Position numbers and translations under genes: made by a program. From Kineococcus radiotolerans SRS30216 = ATCC BAA-149 (GTDB taxonomy: Bacteria > Actinomycetota > Actinomycetes > Actinomycetales > Kineococcaceae), in assembly GCF_000017305.1 (NCBI RefSeq), contig NC_009664.2, positions 840,001 to 872,000 on the forward strand: a stretch of 32,000 nucleotides of DNA. Reading direction: 5' to 3'. Positions 24,135 through 31,682 of this stretch are shown piece by piece (the stretch's first letter is position 1; every line of letters starts with the position of its first letter). The notes under the pieces were generated by a model, which worked only from the letters and a program-made list of their open reading frames with translations, had not been told where the DNA came from and searched no databases.

Positions 24135-25685
24135 ATGGCAGTCTCCACCGAGCAGATGACGCCCAGCAGCGACCACCTGTCGCAGATCGGCGCCCTCATC
24201 CGCGACGCCCGCAAGCACCGGGGTCTCACCCAGGTCCAGCTCGCGGAACGCCTGGGCACGTCCCAGAGCGCCGTCCACCGCATGGAACAGGGGCAGCAGA
24301 ACGTCTCGATCGACATGCTGCAGCGCGTCGGTCACGCCCTCCAGGACGACATCGTGTCCATCGGGCGGCCCAGCCCGACGCACCTGCGCGTCCACGGCGG
24401 GGTGAAGCTCTCGGGCAGCATCGCCGTGAAGTCCAGCAAGAACGCCGGGGTGGCCCTGCTGTGCGCCGCGCTGCTCAACAAGGGCCGCACGACGTTGCGC
24501 GGGGTGGCGCGGATCCTGGAGATCCACCGCATCCTCGACGTGCTGGCCAGCATCGGCGTCCGCTACGAGTGGGTCAACGAGGCCGACCTCGTCCTCGACG
24601 TGCCGACCGAGCTGGACCTGGACGCGATGGACGGCGAGACCGCGCGCCGCACCCGCAGCATCATCATGATGCTCGGCCCGCTGCTGCACCGCTACGACGA
24701 GTTCGCGCTGCCCTACGCCGGCGGTTGCGACCTCGGCACCCGCACCGTCGAGCCGCACATGGTCGCCCTGCGCCCCTTCGGGTTGTCCATCACCGCCACG
24801 ACCGGCTACTACCACGCGACGGTCGACCAGACCGTGTCCCCGCAGCGCCCCATCGTCCTGACCGAGCGCGGCGACACCGTGACCGAGAACGCCCTCATGG
24901 CGGCGGCCCGGGTCGAGGGCGTCACCACGATCCGCAACGCCAGCCCGAACTACATGGTCCAGGACCTCTGCTTCTTCCTGGAGCAGCTGGGCGTGCGGAT
25001 CGACGGGATCGGCACCACGACCCTCGTCGTGCACGGCGTCAAGGACATCTCCGTCGACGTCGACTACGCCCCCTCCGAGGACCCGGTGGAGGCGATGAGC
25101 CTGCTGACCGCGGCGATCATCACCCACTCCGAGCTCACCGTGACCCGCGCCCCGATCGAGTTCCTCGAGATCGAGCTGGCGATCCTGTCCGAGATGGGCC
25201 TGGAGTACGACCTCACCCCGGAGTACACCGCCGCGAACGGGCGCACCCGCCTGGTGGACATCACGGTGCACCCCTCGGAGCTCAAGGCCCCGATCGACAA
25301 GATCCACCCGATGCCGTTCCCGGGCCTGAACATCGACAACCTGCCGTTCTTCGCCGTCATCGCGGCGAGCGCGGAGGGGTCGACCACGGTGCACGACTGG
25401 GTCTACGACAACCGGGCGATCTACCTCACCGAGCTCAACCGGCTGGGGGCGCGGGTGAAGCTGCTCGACCCGCACCGCGTGCTGGTGGAGGGCCCGACGC
25501 GCTGGTCGGGGGCGGAGGTGCTCTGCCCGCCGGCCCTGCGCCCGGCCGTGGTGGTGCTGCTGGCGATGCTGGCGGCCAAGGGGACCTCCGTCCTGCGCAA
25601 CGTGGACATCATCGCCCGCGGCTACGAGCAGCTGGCCGAGCGGCTGACCCCGCTGGGCGCGCAGATCGAGACCTTCCGCGACTGA
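24135..25685 (+). CDS. Fusion protein: an N-terminal XRE/Cro-C1 helix-turn-helix domain joined to a MurA-like enolpyruvyl transferase (EPSP-synthase fold)
   Basis: The HTH is 'IGALIRDARKHRGLTQVQLAERLGTSQSAVHRMEQGQQNVSIDMLQRVGHAL' (about aa 15-70). MurA motifs follow: 'VKSSKNAG', 'TRSIIMMLGPLL', 'GGCDLGTRTVEPH' (Cys codon at 24726-24728), 'FPGLNIDNLPFF', 'YDNRAIYLTEL' and 'DIIARGYE'. I prefer ATG 24135 to the track's GTG 24117 because 24117 lies inside the upstream palindrome. Confidence 0.8.
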   Translation: MAVSTEQMTPSSDHLSQIGALIRDARKHRGLTQVQLAERLGTSQSAVHRMEQGQQNVSIDMLQRVGHALQDDIVSIGRPSPTHLRVHGGVKLSGSIAVKSSKNAGVALLCAALLNKGRTTLRGVARILEIHRILDVLASIGVRYEWVNEADLVLDVPTELDLDAMDGETARRTRSIIMMLGPLLHRYDEFALPYAGGCDLGTRTVEPHMVALRPFGLSITATTGYYHATVDQTVSPQRPIVLTERGDTVTENALMAAARVEGVTTIRNASPNYMVQDLCFFLEQLGVRIDGIGTTTLVVHGVKDISVDVDYAPSEDPVEAMSLLTAAIITHSELTVTRAPIEFLEIELAILSEMGLEYDLTPEYTAANGRTRLVDITVHPSELKAPIDKIHPMPFPGLNIDNLPFFAVIAASAEGSTTVHDWVYDNRAIYLTELNRLGARVKLLDPHRVLVEGPTRWSGAEVLCPPALRPAVVVLLAMLAAKGTSVLRNVDIIARGYEQLAERLTPLGAQIETFRD

Positions 25686-25694
25686 GGTCGCCCA

Positions 25695-25718
25695 CCGGCC
25701 CGGGAGCACCCGGGCCGG
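25695..25718. terminator. GC hairpin downstream of the HTH::MurA-like gene
   Basis: CCGGCCCGGG (25695-25704), loop AGCA, CCCGGGCCGG (25709-25718): a perfect 10-bp stem lying 10 nt after the stop codon. Confidence 0.45.
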
Positions 25719-25722
25719 ACGG

Positions 25723-25760
25723 CAGGAGGCCCCCGCACCGTCGAGGTGCGGGGCCTCCTG
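25723..25760. terminator. Long GC hairpin between the convergent HTH::MurA-like and HU genes, probably a bidirectional terminator
   Basis: CAGGAGGCCCCCGCACC (25723-25739), loop GTCGA, GGTGCGGGGCCTCCTG (25745-25760): 16 bp with one bulged C. Confidence 0.55.
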
Positions 25761-25799
25761 CGCGTGCGGGCCCGGGCGGGACCGCGGGAACCGCGCGGT

Positions 25800-26339
25800 T
25801 CAGGCCTTCTTGGCGACCCGCCGGGTCGTGGTGGCCGTCTTGGCCGGCGCCGCCTTCCGGGCGGTGGTGGTGCTCGTGGTGCGGGCCGGCGGGGCGGCCT
25901 TCTTGGCCGTGGCCGTGCTCGTGCGGGCCGGGGCGGCCTTCACGGGAGCGGTCCGGGCCGGGGCCGCCTTGCGCGCCGCCGGGGTCGCGGCGGCCTTCTT
26001 GGCCGGGGCCGCGGCGGGGCCGGCGGTGCGCTCCTTGACCTCGGCCTGGAAGGCGCGCAGCGCCTTGGTGTCGGAGACGATCTCCTTGAAGGCGGTGCCG
26101 GGGCGGAAGCGGGGCACGGAGGTCTTCTTGATCTTGACGGCCTCGCCGGTGCGGGGGTTGCGTCCGGTGCGGGCGTTGCGGGCCTGCTTCTCGAAGGTGC
26201 CGAAGCCGCTGATGGCGACCTTGTCGCCCTTGGCGACGGTGAGCTGGATGAGCTCCACGACCGCCTCGACGGCCGACACGGCCTGCTTGCGGCCGCCGAG
26301 ACGCGCCTCGAGCGCGTCCACCATCTCTGCCTTGTTCAC
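25800..26339 (-). CDS. hupB: Nucleoid-associated protein HU with an actinobacterial-type basic Ala/Lys/Pro/Thr-rich C-terminal tail (HupB/MDP1/Hlp-like)
   Basis: GTG at 26339 follows 'ggaggagcc' (minus sense). The HU fold is 'VNKAEMVDALEARLG...AISGFGTFEKQARNARTGRNPRTGEAVKIKKTSVPRFRPG'. About 90 aa of 'AAPAKKAAATPAARKAAPARTAPVKAAP...' repeats follow. The track start at 26462 adds an implausible leader. Confidence 0.9.
   Translation of the reverse strand: MNKAEMVDALEARLGGRKQAVSAVEAVVELIQLTVAKGDKVAISGFGTFEKQARNARTGRNPRTGEAVKIKKTSVPRFRPGTAFKEIVSDTKALRAFQAEVKERTAGPAAAPAKKAAATPAARKAAPARTAPVKAAPARTSTATAKKAAPPARTTSTTTARKAAPAKTATTTRRVAKKA
25803..26069 (-). repeat. Degenerate tandem coding repeats for the low-complexity basic tail of HU
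   Basis: 'ggccttcttggc' recurs at about 25803, 25888 and 25993. 'gtgcgggccgg' recurs at about 25879 and 25919. Both encode AKKA / PAR(T) repeats. Confidence 0.6.
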
Positions 26340-26637
26340 GGGGCTCCTCCTGGGGGGTTCGGATCGTCCGGGCCGAGCAGGAGCCCGACGGGGAAACGGT
26401 ACGACCGACCACCACCGGAGTCCACCACCGGTGGGGCGGCGATTCGTTGCGCCGCAGCACACCTCGCCGCCGCGACCGCGGCGGGGCCTGCGCCGCAGGG
26501 CGTCCGCGCCCCGGCGACCGGGTCGCCGTGCCCGCGGTCGCGGTCGCGCGGATGTCGTTGCCGCACAACGGGTCCGGACGCAGAACGGCCCCGGTCCCGC
26601 TGCGCCGCAGCGGGAATCCGGGGCCGTCCGGGAGGGC

Positions 26638-27243
26638 TCAGGCCGACGGCGCCAGCGGCGTCGTGGTGGGCTTGAACGAGGGGCGACGGGCTTCGAAGTC
26701 GGTGATCGCGTCGGCGTGGCGCAGGGTGAGGCCGATGTCGTCCAGCCCCTCCACGAGGCGCCAACGCACGTAGTCGTCGACCTCGAAGGGGGCGGTGAAG
26801 TCGTCGACCTGCACGATCCGCTCGATGAGGTCGACCGTCACCTCCGTCCCCGGGTGGGCCTCCAGCGCCTTCCAGATGAGGTCGATGTCGCTCTGGGCCA
26901 CGACGGCGGCGAGCAGCCCCTGCTTGCCGGCGTTGCCGCGGAAGATGTCGCCGAAGCGCGGCGCCAGGACGGCCCGGAAACCGTAGTCGCGCAGGGCCCA
27001 CACGGCGTGCTCCCGGCTGGAGCCGGTGCCGAAGTCCTGCCCGGCCACCAGCACCGAACCCGGGCGGTACGGCTCCTGGTTGAGCACGAAGCCGGGGTCC
27101 TTGCGCCAGCCCGCGAACAGGGCGTCCTCGAAACCGGTCTTGGTGACCCGCTTGAGGTAGACGGCGGGGATGATCTGGTCGGTGTCGACGTCGGTGCGGC
27201 GCATCGGGACCCCGACGCCGCGGTGGACGGAGAACTTCTCCAC
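26638..27243 (-). CDS. leuD: 3-isopropylmalate dehydratase small subunit
   Basis: GTG at 27243 follows 'gaggagc' and lies 11 nt after the leuC stop. '[27 protein letters not shown]...[20 protein letters not shown]'. Confidence 0.9.
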   Translation of the reverse strand: MEKFSVHRGVGVPMRRTDVDTDQIIPAVYLKRVTKTGFEDALFAGWRKDPGFVLNQEPYRPGSVLVAGQDFGTGSSREHAVWALRDYGFRAVLAPRFGDIFRGNAGKQGLLAAVVAQSDIDLIWKALEAHPGTEVTVDLIERIVQVDDFTAPFEVDDYVRWRLVEGLDDIGLTLRHADAITDFEARRPSFKPTTTPLAPSA

Positions 27244-27254
27244 GGGGGCTCCTC

Positions 27255-28688
27255 TCAGACGTTCGTGGGGACGGGGGGTTCGAGGTCGGCCGGGGAGCTC
27301 AGGGTGCCCCGCACGGCCGTCGCGGCCGCCACCAGCGGGCTCACCAGGTGGGTGCGCCCGCCCTTGCCCTGGCGGCCCTCGAAGTTGCGGTTGGACGTCG
27401 AGGCGCAGCGCTCCCCCGGCGCGAGCTGGTCGGGGTTCATGCCCAGGCACATCGAGCAGCCCGCGAACCGCCAGTCGGCGCCGAACTCCTTGAAGACGGT
27501 GTCGATCCCCTCGGCCTCGGCCTGCAGGCGCACCTTGGCCGACCCGGGGACGACCATGACGCGCACCGAGTCGGCCTTCCTGCGCCCGCGCACGACGTCG
27601 GCCGCCGCGCGCAGGTCCTCGATGCGGCTGTTGGTGCAGGAGCCGATGAAGACGGTGTCGACGGCGATGTCGCGCATCGGCGTCCCGCCCTCCAGGCCCA
27701 TGTACTCCAGGGCGCGCTCGACGCCCTGGCGCACCCCGTCGTCGCCGATGCGCTCGGGCTCGGGGACCGAGCCCGACAGCGGGACGCCCTGGCCGGGGTT
27801 GGTGCCCCAGGTGACGAAGGGTTCCAGCGCACTGCCGTCGAGGACGACCTCGGCGTCGAACTCGGCGTCGTCGTCGGTGCGCAGGGTCCGCCAGTACTCC
27901 ACGGCCGCGTCCCAGTCGGCGCCCTGCGGGGCGTGCGGGCGGCCCTCGAGGTAGGCGAAGGTCGTCTCGTCGGGGGCGACCATCCCGGCCCGCGCCCCGG
28001 CCTCGATCGACATGTTGCAGATCGTCATCCGCCCCTCCATGGAGAGGTTGCGGATGGCCTCGCCGCGGTACTCCAGGACGTAGCCCTGCCCGCCGCCGGT
28101 GCCGATCTCGGCGATCACGGCGAGGATGACGTCCTTGGCGGTGGTCCCGGGCTTCAGCGTCCCGTCGACCGTGATCGCCATCGTCTTGAACGGCTTCAGC
28201 GGCAGCGTCTGGGTGGCCAGGACGTGCTCGACCTCGCTGGTGCCGATGCCCATGCCCAGGGAGCCGAAGGCGCCGTGGGTGGAGGTGTGGGAGTCCCCGC
28301 AGACGACCGTCATGCCGGGCTGGGTGAGGCCCAGCTGCGGGCCGACGACGTGCACGATGCCCTGCTCGGCGTCGCCGAGGGGGTGCAGCCGGACGCCGAA
28401 CTCCGCGCAGTTCTCGCGCAGCGTCTGCAGCTGCTTGGCCGAGGTCTTGTCCTCCAGCAGCGACAGCGGGCGGTCGATGTCGACGGTGGGGGTGTTGTGG
28501 TCCTCGGTGGCGATGGTGAGGTCGAGGCGGCGCACCGGGCGACCGGCGGCCCGCAGCCCGTCGAAGGCCTGCGGGCTGGTGACCTCGTGGACGAGGTGGA
28601 GGTCGATGTAGAGCAGGTCGGGTTCGCCGTCCTGCCCCTTGCGGACGACGTGGTCGTCCCAGACCTTCTCCGCCAGCGTGCGCGCCAT
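27255..28688 (-). CDS. leuC: 3-isopropylmalate dehydratase large subunit
   Basis: '[15 protein letters not shown]...[17 protein letters not shown]', '[14 protein letters not shown]' and '[11 protein letters not shown]' are the aconitase-family Fe-S ligand motifs. Confidence 0.95.
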   Translation of the reverse strand: MARTLAEKVWDDHVVRKGQDGEPDLLYIDLHLVHEVTSPQAFDGLRAAGRPVRRLDLTIATEDHNTPTVDIDRPLSLLEDKTSAKQLQTLRENCAEFGVRLHPLGDAEQGIVHVVGPQLGLTQPGMTVVCGDSHTSTHGAFGSLGMGIGTSEVEHVLATQTLPLKPFKTMAITVDGTLKPGTTAKDVILAVIAEIGTGGGQGYVLEYRGEAIRNLSMEGRMTICNMSIEAGARAGMVAPDETTFAYLEGRPHAPQGADWDAAVEYWRTLRTDDDAEFDAEVVLDGSALEPFVTWGTNPGQGVPLSGSVPEPERIGDDGVRQGVERALEYMGLEGGTPMRDIAVDTVFIGSCTNSRIEDLRAAADVVRGRRKADSVRVMVVPGSAKVRLQAEAEGIDTVFKEFGADWRFAGCSMCLGMNPDQLAPGERCASTSNRNFEGRQGKGGRTHLVSPLVAAATAVRGTLSSPADLEPPVPTNV

Positions 28689-28706
28689 GTCCAGCTCCCC
28701 TCACTT

Positions 28707-28727
28707 GCGTCTCACGATTTGAGACGC
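28707..28727. promoter_or_regulatory. Perfect 8-5-8 palindrome GCGTCTCA-CGATT-TGAGACGC in the leuC/IclR divergent intergenic region, a candidate IclR-type operator
   Basis: Read directly from the sequence. It is centred in the 51-nt gap between the leuC start (28688) and the regulator start (28740). Confidence 0.4.
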
Positions 28728-28739
28728 CAGTATCGCTCC

Positions 28740-29456
28740 GTGGACAAGAGTAGCGGAGTCGGCGTGCTCGACAAGGCCGTCCGGGTGCTGGGCGCCCTGG
28801 AGGCCGGCCCGGCGAGCCTCGCGCAGCTGGTGACGGCCACCGGCCTCTCCCGCCCCACCGCGCACCGGCTGGCCGTCGCGCTGGAGCACCACCGCCTGGT
28901 GAGCCGGGACCTGCGGGGCCGCTTCGTCCTCGGCGAGCGCCACGCCGAGTGGGCGGCCGCGGCCGGGGAGGACCGGCTGGTGGCGGTGGCGGGGCCGCTG
29001 CTGGGCGCCCTGCGCGACGCCACGGGCGAGAGCGCCCAGCTCTACCGCCGCCACGGAGACCACCGGGTCTGCATCGCCGTGGCCGAGCGGCTGCACGGCC
29101 TGCGCGACACCGTCCCCGTGGGGGCCTCGATGACGATGAACGCCGGGTCCGCGGCCCAGGTGCTCCTGGCCTGGGACGACCCCGAGCGCCTCTCCGTGGA
29201 GCTCGTGGGCGCCCGCTTCGACGCCGCCGCCCTCTCCGGGGTCCGCCGGCGCGGCTGGGCGCACTCCAGCGGTGAGCGCGAGGCCGGGGTGGCCTCGGTG
29301 AGCGCGCCCGTCCGCGGCCCCTCCGGGCGCGTGCTCGCGGCCGTGTCGGTGTCCGGGCCCGCCGAGCGCTTCGGGCGCCACCCGGGCCGCCGGCACGCCG
29401 ACGCGGTGCTCGCCACCGCCGCCGCCTTCACCGCCGCCCTCGCCCCGCAGAACTGA
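28740..29456 (+). CDS. IclR-family transcriptional regulator, an LtbR-like positional equivalent divergent from leuCD
   Basis: GTG at 28740 in the frame of track ORF 27348..29456. The N-terminal wHTH is '[48 protein letters not shown]'. An IclR effector domain follows ('GESAQLYRR...', '[20 protein letters not shown]'). Confidence 0.85.
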   Translation: MDKSSGVGVLDKAVRVLGALEAGPASLAQLVTATGLSRPTAHRLAVALEHHRLVSRDLRGRFVLGERHAEWAAAAGEDRLVAVAGPLLGALRDATGESAQLYRRHGDHRVCIAVAERLHGLRDTVPVGASMTMNAGSAAQVLLAWDDPERLSVELVGARFDAAALSGVRRRGWAHSSGEREAGVASVSAPVRGPSGRVLAAVSVSGPAERFGRHPGRRHADAVLATAAAFTAALAPQN

Positions 29457-29499
29457 CCCCCCCCGCTCGGCGCGCGGTCCCCCGGGGGCGGGGACGACG

Positions 29500-29530
29500 A
29501 AGGCCCCCGGTCCAGTGGACCGGGGGCCTT
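29500..29530. terminator. Perfect 15-bp-arm palindromic hairpin between the convergent IclR gene and the tRNA cluster
   Basis: AAGGCCCCCGGTCCA-G-TGGACCGGGGGCCTT (29500-29530), lying 6 nt beyond the 3' end of the last tRNA-Glu. Confidence 0.55.
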
Positions 29531-29536
29531 CACCTG

Positions 29537-29609
29537 TAGCCCCGACGGGATTCGAACCCGCGCTACCGCCGTGAGAGGGCGGCGTGCTAGGCCGCTACAC
29601 AACGGGGCC
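29537..29609 (-). tRNA. tRNA-Glu (anticodon CUC), distal copy
   Basis: The minus-strand read is GGCCCCGTTGTGTAGCGGCCTAGCACGCCGCCCTCTCACGGCGGTAGCGCGGGTTCGAATCCCGTCGGGGCTA. Acceptor stem is GGCCCCG/CGGGGCT. Anticodon stem CCGCC/GGCGG carries loop CTCTCAC. The T-loop is GGTTCGAATCC. No CCA is encoded. Confidence 0.9.
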
Positions 29610-29654
29610 CTAGCGCCGAAGGCTCCGCGTCGTACGACGAGGATCTTCGATCTG

Positions 29655-29727
29655 TAGCCCCGACGGGATTCGAACCCGCGCTACCGCCGTGAGAGGGCGG
29701 CGTGCTAGGCCGCTACACAACGGGGCC
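29655..29727 (-). tRNA. tRNA-Glu (anticodon CUC), proximal copy
   Basis: The sequence is identical to the copy at 29537-29609, offset by 118 nt. Confidence 0.9.
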
Positions 29728-29815
29728 CTAGCTTGCTGTTCCGTTCCCGGAACCGTCACCGCGGAGTCTAAGTCGTGGAGCGGAGTGCTCGGGACCTTCG
29801 ACATCGCGATGAGCG

Positions 29816-29887
29816 CTGGGGTACCAGGACTCGAACCTAGACTAACTGAACCAGAATCAGTCGTGCTGCCAATTACACCATACCCCA
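29816..29887 (-). tRNA. tRNA-Gln (anticodon CUG)
   Basis: The minus-strand read is TGGGGTATGGTGTAATTGGCAGCACGACTGATTCTGGTTCAGTTAGTCTAGGTTCGAGTCCTGGTACCCCAG. Anticodon stem ACTGA/TCAGT carries loop TTCTGGT. The T-loop is GGTTCGAGTCC. Confidence 0.9.
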
Positions 29888-29926
29888 CGGTGTTCTCCCC
29901 GGCCGGCGTACCGCCCGAGCGAGATG

Positions 29927-29956
29927 ACTGTATCGGGTGCGTGCCCTGCATCCCAA
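29927..29956 (-). promoter_or_regulatory. Candidate promoter for the tRNA-Gln/tRNA-Glu cluster
   Basis: In minus sense: TTGGGA (29956-29951), an 18-nt spacer, TACAGT (29932-29927). This lies about 40 nt upstream of the tRNA-Gln 5' end. It rests on motif match only. Confidence 0.3.
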
Positions 29957-30006
29957 ATCGGCACCCCACCGCCCGGCCTGAGCGGACGGGGGGCACCGAA
30001 CAGGGG

Positions 30007-31512
30007 TCAGAGCGTGGCGCGCAGCCGGCGCAGCCGGGCCAGCGAGGACTCCCGGCCGAGGATCTCCATGGACTCGAACAGCGGCGGCGACACCCGGCGG
30101 CCGGTGACGGCGGTGCGCAGCGGGGCGAAGGCGAACTTGGGCTTGACCCCCAGGCCCTCCACCACGGCCGCGCGCAGCGCCGCCTCCAGGTCCGCGGTCG
30201 TCCAGCCCGTCAGGGCCTCCAGGGCGGCGAGGGAGGCGTCCAGCACGTCGGCCGCCTCCGGCCGCAGCGCCGCCGTCGCGTCCGGCTCCAGCACCACGTC
30301 CCCGTCCGCGACGAAGAGGAACCCCAGCATCCCGGGGGCCTGCCCCAGCAGGGTCATGCGCTCCTGCACCAGCGGCGCCGCCGCGGCCAGCCGCTCCAGC
30401 TGCTCGGGCGAGGGCTGCGCGGGCAGCACGCCGGCCGCCTGCAGGTACGGCACGAGGCGCCCGCGGAAGTCCTCCGGGGCCAGCAGCCGCAGGTGCGCGG
30501 CGTTGATCGCCTCGGCCTTGGCCACGTCGAAGCGCGCGGGCGAGGCGTTGACGTCGGCCACGTCGAAGGCGGCCACCATCTCCTCGACGCTGAAGACGTC
30601 GCGGTCCTCGGAGATCCCCCAGCCCAGCAGCGCGAGGTAGTTGAGCAGGCCCTCGCGGATGAACCCGCGGTCGCGGTGGTGGAAGAGGTTGGACTCCGGG
30701 TCCCGCTTGGACAGCTTCTTGCTGCCCTCGCCCGTGACGTAGGGCAGGTGCCCGAACAGGGGCACCGCCTGCGAGACGCCGATGTCGACCAGCGCCTCGT
30801 GCAGCGCGATCTGGCGCGGGGTGGAGGACAGCAGGTCCTCCCCCCGCAGGACGTGGGTGATCCCCATGAGCGCGTCGTCGACGGGGTTCACCAGCGTGTA
30901 GAGGGGGTCGCCGTTGGCGCGGACCAGCACCGGGTCGGGGAAGGAGCCGGCCTTGAACTCGATGCGCCCGCGCACCACGTCGTCGAAGGAGTAGTCCCGG
31001 CCCTCCGGCAGCCGCAGCCGCAGCGTGGGCTCGCGCCCCTCGGCGCGGAACGCGGCGACCTGCTCGGGGGTCAGGTCGCGGTCGAACCCGTCGTAACCCA
31101 GGACCTTGGGGCGGCCGGCCGCCTCGTGGCGGGCCTCGATCTCCTCGGCGGTGGAGAAGGACTCGTAGAGGTGCCCGGCCTCGCGCAGCCGGCGCACGAC
31201 GTCGTCGTAGACCGGGCGGCGCAGGCTCTGGCGGTAGGGCTCGTGGGGGCCACCGACGCCGATGCCCTCGTCCCAGTCCAGCCCCAGCCAGTCCAGCGCG
31301 TCGAGGATCTGGGCGTAGCTCTCCTCGCTGTCGCGGGCGGCGTCGGTGTCCTCGATGCGGAAGACGAAGGTGCCGCCGGTGTGACGGGCGTGGGCCCAGT
31401 TGAACAGGGCCGTCCGGATCAGGCCGACGTGCGGCGTCCCGGTGGGCGAGGGGCAAAAGCGGACACGGACGGGCGAGGTGCCCGGGGCGGGGGGTGCGGC
31501 GATGTCAGTCAT
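30007..31512 (-). CDS. gltX: Glutamate--tRNA ligase
   Basis: '[25 protein letters not shown]' is the class I HIGH region. 'FRIEDTD' is present. 'KLSKRD' is the KMSKS-type motif. Confidence 0.95.
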   Translation of the reverse strand: MTDIAAPPAPGTSPVRVRFCPSPTGTPHVGLIRTALFNWAHARHTGGTFVFRIEDTDAARDSEESYAQILDALDWLGLDWDEGIGVGGPHEPYRQSLRRPVYDDVVRRLREAGHLYESFSTAEEIEARHEAAGRPKVLGYDGFDRDLTPEQVAAFRAEGREPTLRLRLPEGRDYSFDDVVRGRIEFKAGSFPDPVLVRANGDPLYTLVNPVDDALMGITHVLRGEDLLSSTPRQIALHEALVDIGVSQAVPLFGHLPYVTGEGSKKLSKRDPESNLFHHRDRGFIREGLLNYLALLGWGISEDRDVFSVEEMVAAFDVADVNASPARFDVAKAEAINAAHLRLLAPEDFRGRLVPYLQAAGVLPAQPSPEQLERLAAAAPLVQERMTLLGQAPGMLGFLFVADGDVVLEPDATAALRPEAADVLDASLAALEALTGWTTADLEAALRAAVVEGLGVKPKFAFAPLRTAVTGRRVSPPLFESMEILGRESSLARLRRLRATL

Positions 31513-31682
31513 GGCCCGCCCAGCCTATTCGGGCGTACGGGTCGACGGCCCTGCATCCACCCGGGTGGTTGCGCAGAGTCACTGGTAGGCCGTCCGGGTG
31601 GCGGGGCCGGTCACCCTGCGTCACGCGTGTCAGCGTTCTCGCACCAGCCCCCGCTCCCCCGCCGCCCCCTCCGGAGGACCCC

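Noticed and set aside
22691-26038. 1115-aa + strand ORF, plus minus-strand ORFs 22767..24044, 23135..24316 and 24111..25709.
   Set aside because: These are alternate frames of the PLP enzyme and the HTH::MurA gene. They are low-complexity and motif-free.
24107-28727. Both candidate operators share a TCTCA...TGAGA core (TATCTCA-N4-TGAGATA at 24107 and GCGTCTCA-N5-TGAGACGC at 28707). This hints at a common regulator.
   Set aside because: The spacer lengths differ (4 versus 5 nt) and so do the flanking half-site bases. Each site has its own adjacent regulator from a different family (XRE versus IclR). A 5-bp shared core is within chance expectation. I noted it only as something to keep in mind during a genome-wide motif search.
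29534-29731. The repeated 81-nt unit considered as a possible CRISPR-like or mobile-element repeat.
   Set aside because: There are only two copies, and each is a complete tRNA-Glu cloverleaf. No cas genes, integrase or att-like flanks are present in the window.
29042-29996. ORFs 29042..29602 (-) and 29610..29996 (-) covering the tRNA cluster.
   Set aside because: They run through three clear tRNA genes and a terminator hairpin. I see no coding evidence.
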